Below are positions 62,480 through 64,000 of a DNA stretch of 64,000 bases, piece by piece. The notes under the pieces were generated by a model. It was not told the DNA's origin. It made no database searches and saw only the letters and a program-made list of their open reading frames with translations. A program made the position numbers and the translations under genes. How positions within the stretch are numbered: the stretch's first letter is position 1; each line of letters opens with the position of its first letter. The DNA is from Methanobacteriota archaeon (GTDB lineage Archaea > Thermoplasmatota > Poseidoniia > Poseidoniales > Thalassarchaeaceae), in NCBI GenBank assembly GCA_018650285.1, contig JABIGF010000014.1, positions 683-64,682 of the forward strand. The letters are read 5' to 3'.

Positions 62480-64000
62480 TCAGGATCTATCTGGGTCTGA
62501 TGATGCTTCTCCGCTTTCACTGCTTGAGCCCTCTCCATCTTCACGGACCTCATCAGAACGTACGACATCTTCTTCCCAACCCCAATAACTTGGGGCATCA
62601 ATTCTATCAGGAAGCGACACTGAGTCTGAAAGATTCATTGTCGTATAATTAGTCACAGTCACGCCTTCTGCAGAGAATGCATAGACGTAATCGCCCATGA
62701 AAATTGAGCGCCTAACATTTGGACTACCGTAGTAGTAGGATTCACGTAGGCCATTCTCATCATTATAGAAACCTGAGTGGTCGATTGTACCATACTTGAC
62801 TAGTGTGTTATTCTCAGCATCAACCTTGACAAGCACTAACTGAGAGACATATTCGTAACCACTGCGGGAGTATTTTTGCCCATCAATCACAACTTCATCG
62901 TAGGTGTAGCGGGATGTTGAAAGTGGGATTGCTAACAGTTCAGCAGGTGCCCAGTAGGTGAACGCCTTGTGCTCATAGGTAGCCTCACTGTACGACCATG
63001 ACCAGTCCCGCCAATCCTCACTGTTGCGGTCAATAGGTGCAAGTTGCAGAGCTGACGCCAATGTTGGGTCAGAGAAGTTTGAGACATCAAACAGTGAAAT
63101 CTGGGTGTTACCCCAATCCAATCCCAATCCATCTTCGCCGCCAGCAATACCGATTGTCAATAGATGGTCTTCACTTAGTGGGTGAATGTAAGTTGACACA
63201 CCTGGAACCTCTAACTCACCAATCACTCTTGGATCGGTTGGGTCTGAAAGGTCAATTGTCCATAGTGGGTCCATGTTTCTGAATGTGACAAGGTATCCCT
63301 TCTCACCGATGAAACGGCAAGACCAGATGGTCTCGCCTTCAGCAATGTCACCAACGTGACCAATTTGCATTAATTCATCGCCGCCGTTCTCATCTGGCGC
63401 AAGAACATAGACATCGTTAGTTGGACCGGTCCAATCTTCGCCATCTAACCACCAGCGCCCCCAAACATCCTGTGTTGTAGCAACACGGATGGTGCCGTTG
63501 TATTCAGAAAGTGAAAACTGGTCGTTGACAGTACCTGTCACTCGACCTGAACCGATATAGGTGGTCAATCCGCCATCTGAGATGTCGAAAGCATGTATGT
63601 TGGTTGCCTCTTCAAAGTCATCATTTCGCCAATACCACCACCAATCGTTGGCTGGTTCTGAAAGAATCAACATATCTTCGCTAGCGTATACTTCAACCCA
63701 TGATGAAGAGACATGGTCTAGTTCGTATTCAACCATGTCACCAAACAATTCAATGGTCATTATAGTTGTAAATCCACGACCTACCGAATCTGCTGCTGCA
63801 GAAAATTCTTCGCAAGTTGCGCTTACTGTTGATTGTTCAACAACTGTTCCGTCAGCCATTCGCTCATGCATTCTTGGAGAGAAATCTGCTAATGTTAGGC
63901 CTGCAATAACTTCTAGATTGTAGGCAATTGCTTCATCAACACTCGTATTCCAAACATCTTGTCGGTCTGGGTCATCGTAGTCAATCTCCCAGTAAGTATC
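62480..64000 (-). CDS. secreted beta-propeller-domain protein (COG4880/PF09826-like), N-terminus beyond the right window edge
   Basis: The frame remains open from 63871 to nt 64000 (43 further codons, no stop). The pattern IHAFDISDGGLTTYIGSGRVTGTVNDQFSLSEYNGTIRVATTQD and KAFTYW...LLAIPLS matches my memory of the Beta_propel family. The C-terminal tail is acidic and Ser-rich. Confidence 0.7.
   Translation of the reverse strand, partial: DTYWEIDYDDPDRQDVWNTSVDEAIAYNLEVIAGLTLADFSPRMHERMADGTVVEQSTVSATCEEFSAAADSVGRGFTTIMTIELFGDMVEYELDHVSSSWVEVYASEDMLILSEPANDWWWYWRNDDFEEATNIHAFDISDGGLTTYIGSGRVTGTVNDQFSLSEYNGTIRVATTQDVWGRWWLDGEDWTGPTNDVYVLAPDENGGDELMQIGHVGDIAEGETIWSCRFIGEKGYLVTFRNMDPLWTIDLSDPTDPRVIGELEVPGVSTYIHPLSEDHLLTIGIAGGEDGLGLDWGNTQISLFDVSNFSDPTLASALQLAPIDRNSEDWRDWSWSYSEATYEHKAFTYWAPAELLAIPLSTSRYTYDEVVIDGQKYSRSGYEYVSQLVLVKVDAENNTLVKYGTIDHSGFYNDENGLRESYYYGSPNVRRSIFMGDYVYAFSAEGVTVTNYTTMNLSDSVSLPDRIDAPSYWGWEEDVVRSDEVREDGEGSSSESGEASSDPDRS

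Overview
This is a gene-dense archaeal chromosomal segment with about 46 protein genes and 2 tRNA genes. I recognised no rRNA, CRISPR array, transposase, integrase, prophage or classical defence genes. All functional calls come from motif recognition by eye on the supplied ORF translations; no searches were run.

Archaeal identity rests on RadA, RpoK, PurP, Hel308, an NFACT/RqcH-type protein, and an initiator tRNA with A1:U72 and a GGG/CCC anticodon stem. Aerobic-heterotroph genes are also present: aconitase, a two-subunit 2-oxoacid:ferredoxin oxidoreductase, heme O and heme A synthases, a bacterial-type thiolase and tryptophan 2,3-dioxygenase. Together with very large Asp-rich surface proteins, this suggests a marine planktonic Thermoplasmatota (MGII/Poseidoniales-like) genome. 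That placement is inference only.

The accessory content is dominated by type-I membrane-anchored surface proteins:
- two giants of 2123 and 1937 aa
- an anchored endonuclease I
- a 969-aa thrombospondin-type-3 (TSP3) repeat protein
- a kexin-like subtilase

The most unusual signal is in their tails. Each protein ends in a single TM helix followed by a cytoplasmic tail, and several tails carry WW or WW-like tryptophan modules:
- a textbook WW domain at 35319-35399
- two tandem WW-like repeats at 32205-32432
- a related motif at 9563-9655
- a possibly related motif in a cytoplasmic loop at 26451-26507

Other tails, and a small soluble protein encoded between the two giants, carry Pro-rich stretches. 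I read this as a candidate undescribed intracellular tethering or sorting system for archaeal surface proteins.

Secondary observations:
- a low-GC two-gene island with eukaryote-like modules (TSP3, LDLa-like, WW)
- a Nudix-MBL fusion
- a Cys-rich GIDE-like membrane protein convergent with LemA
- a Lys/Ser-rich SPKK-like extension on an AstE/AspA-family enzyme
- a roughly 100-nt structured leader upstream of korAB
- a shared TTGAWATA promoter box upstream of both tRNAs and radA
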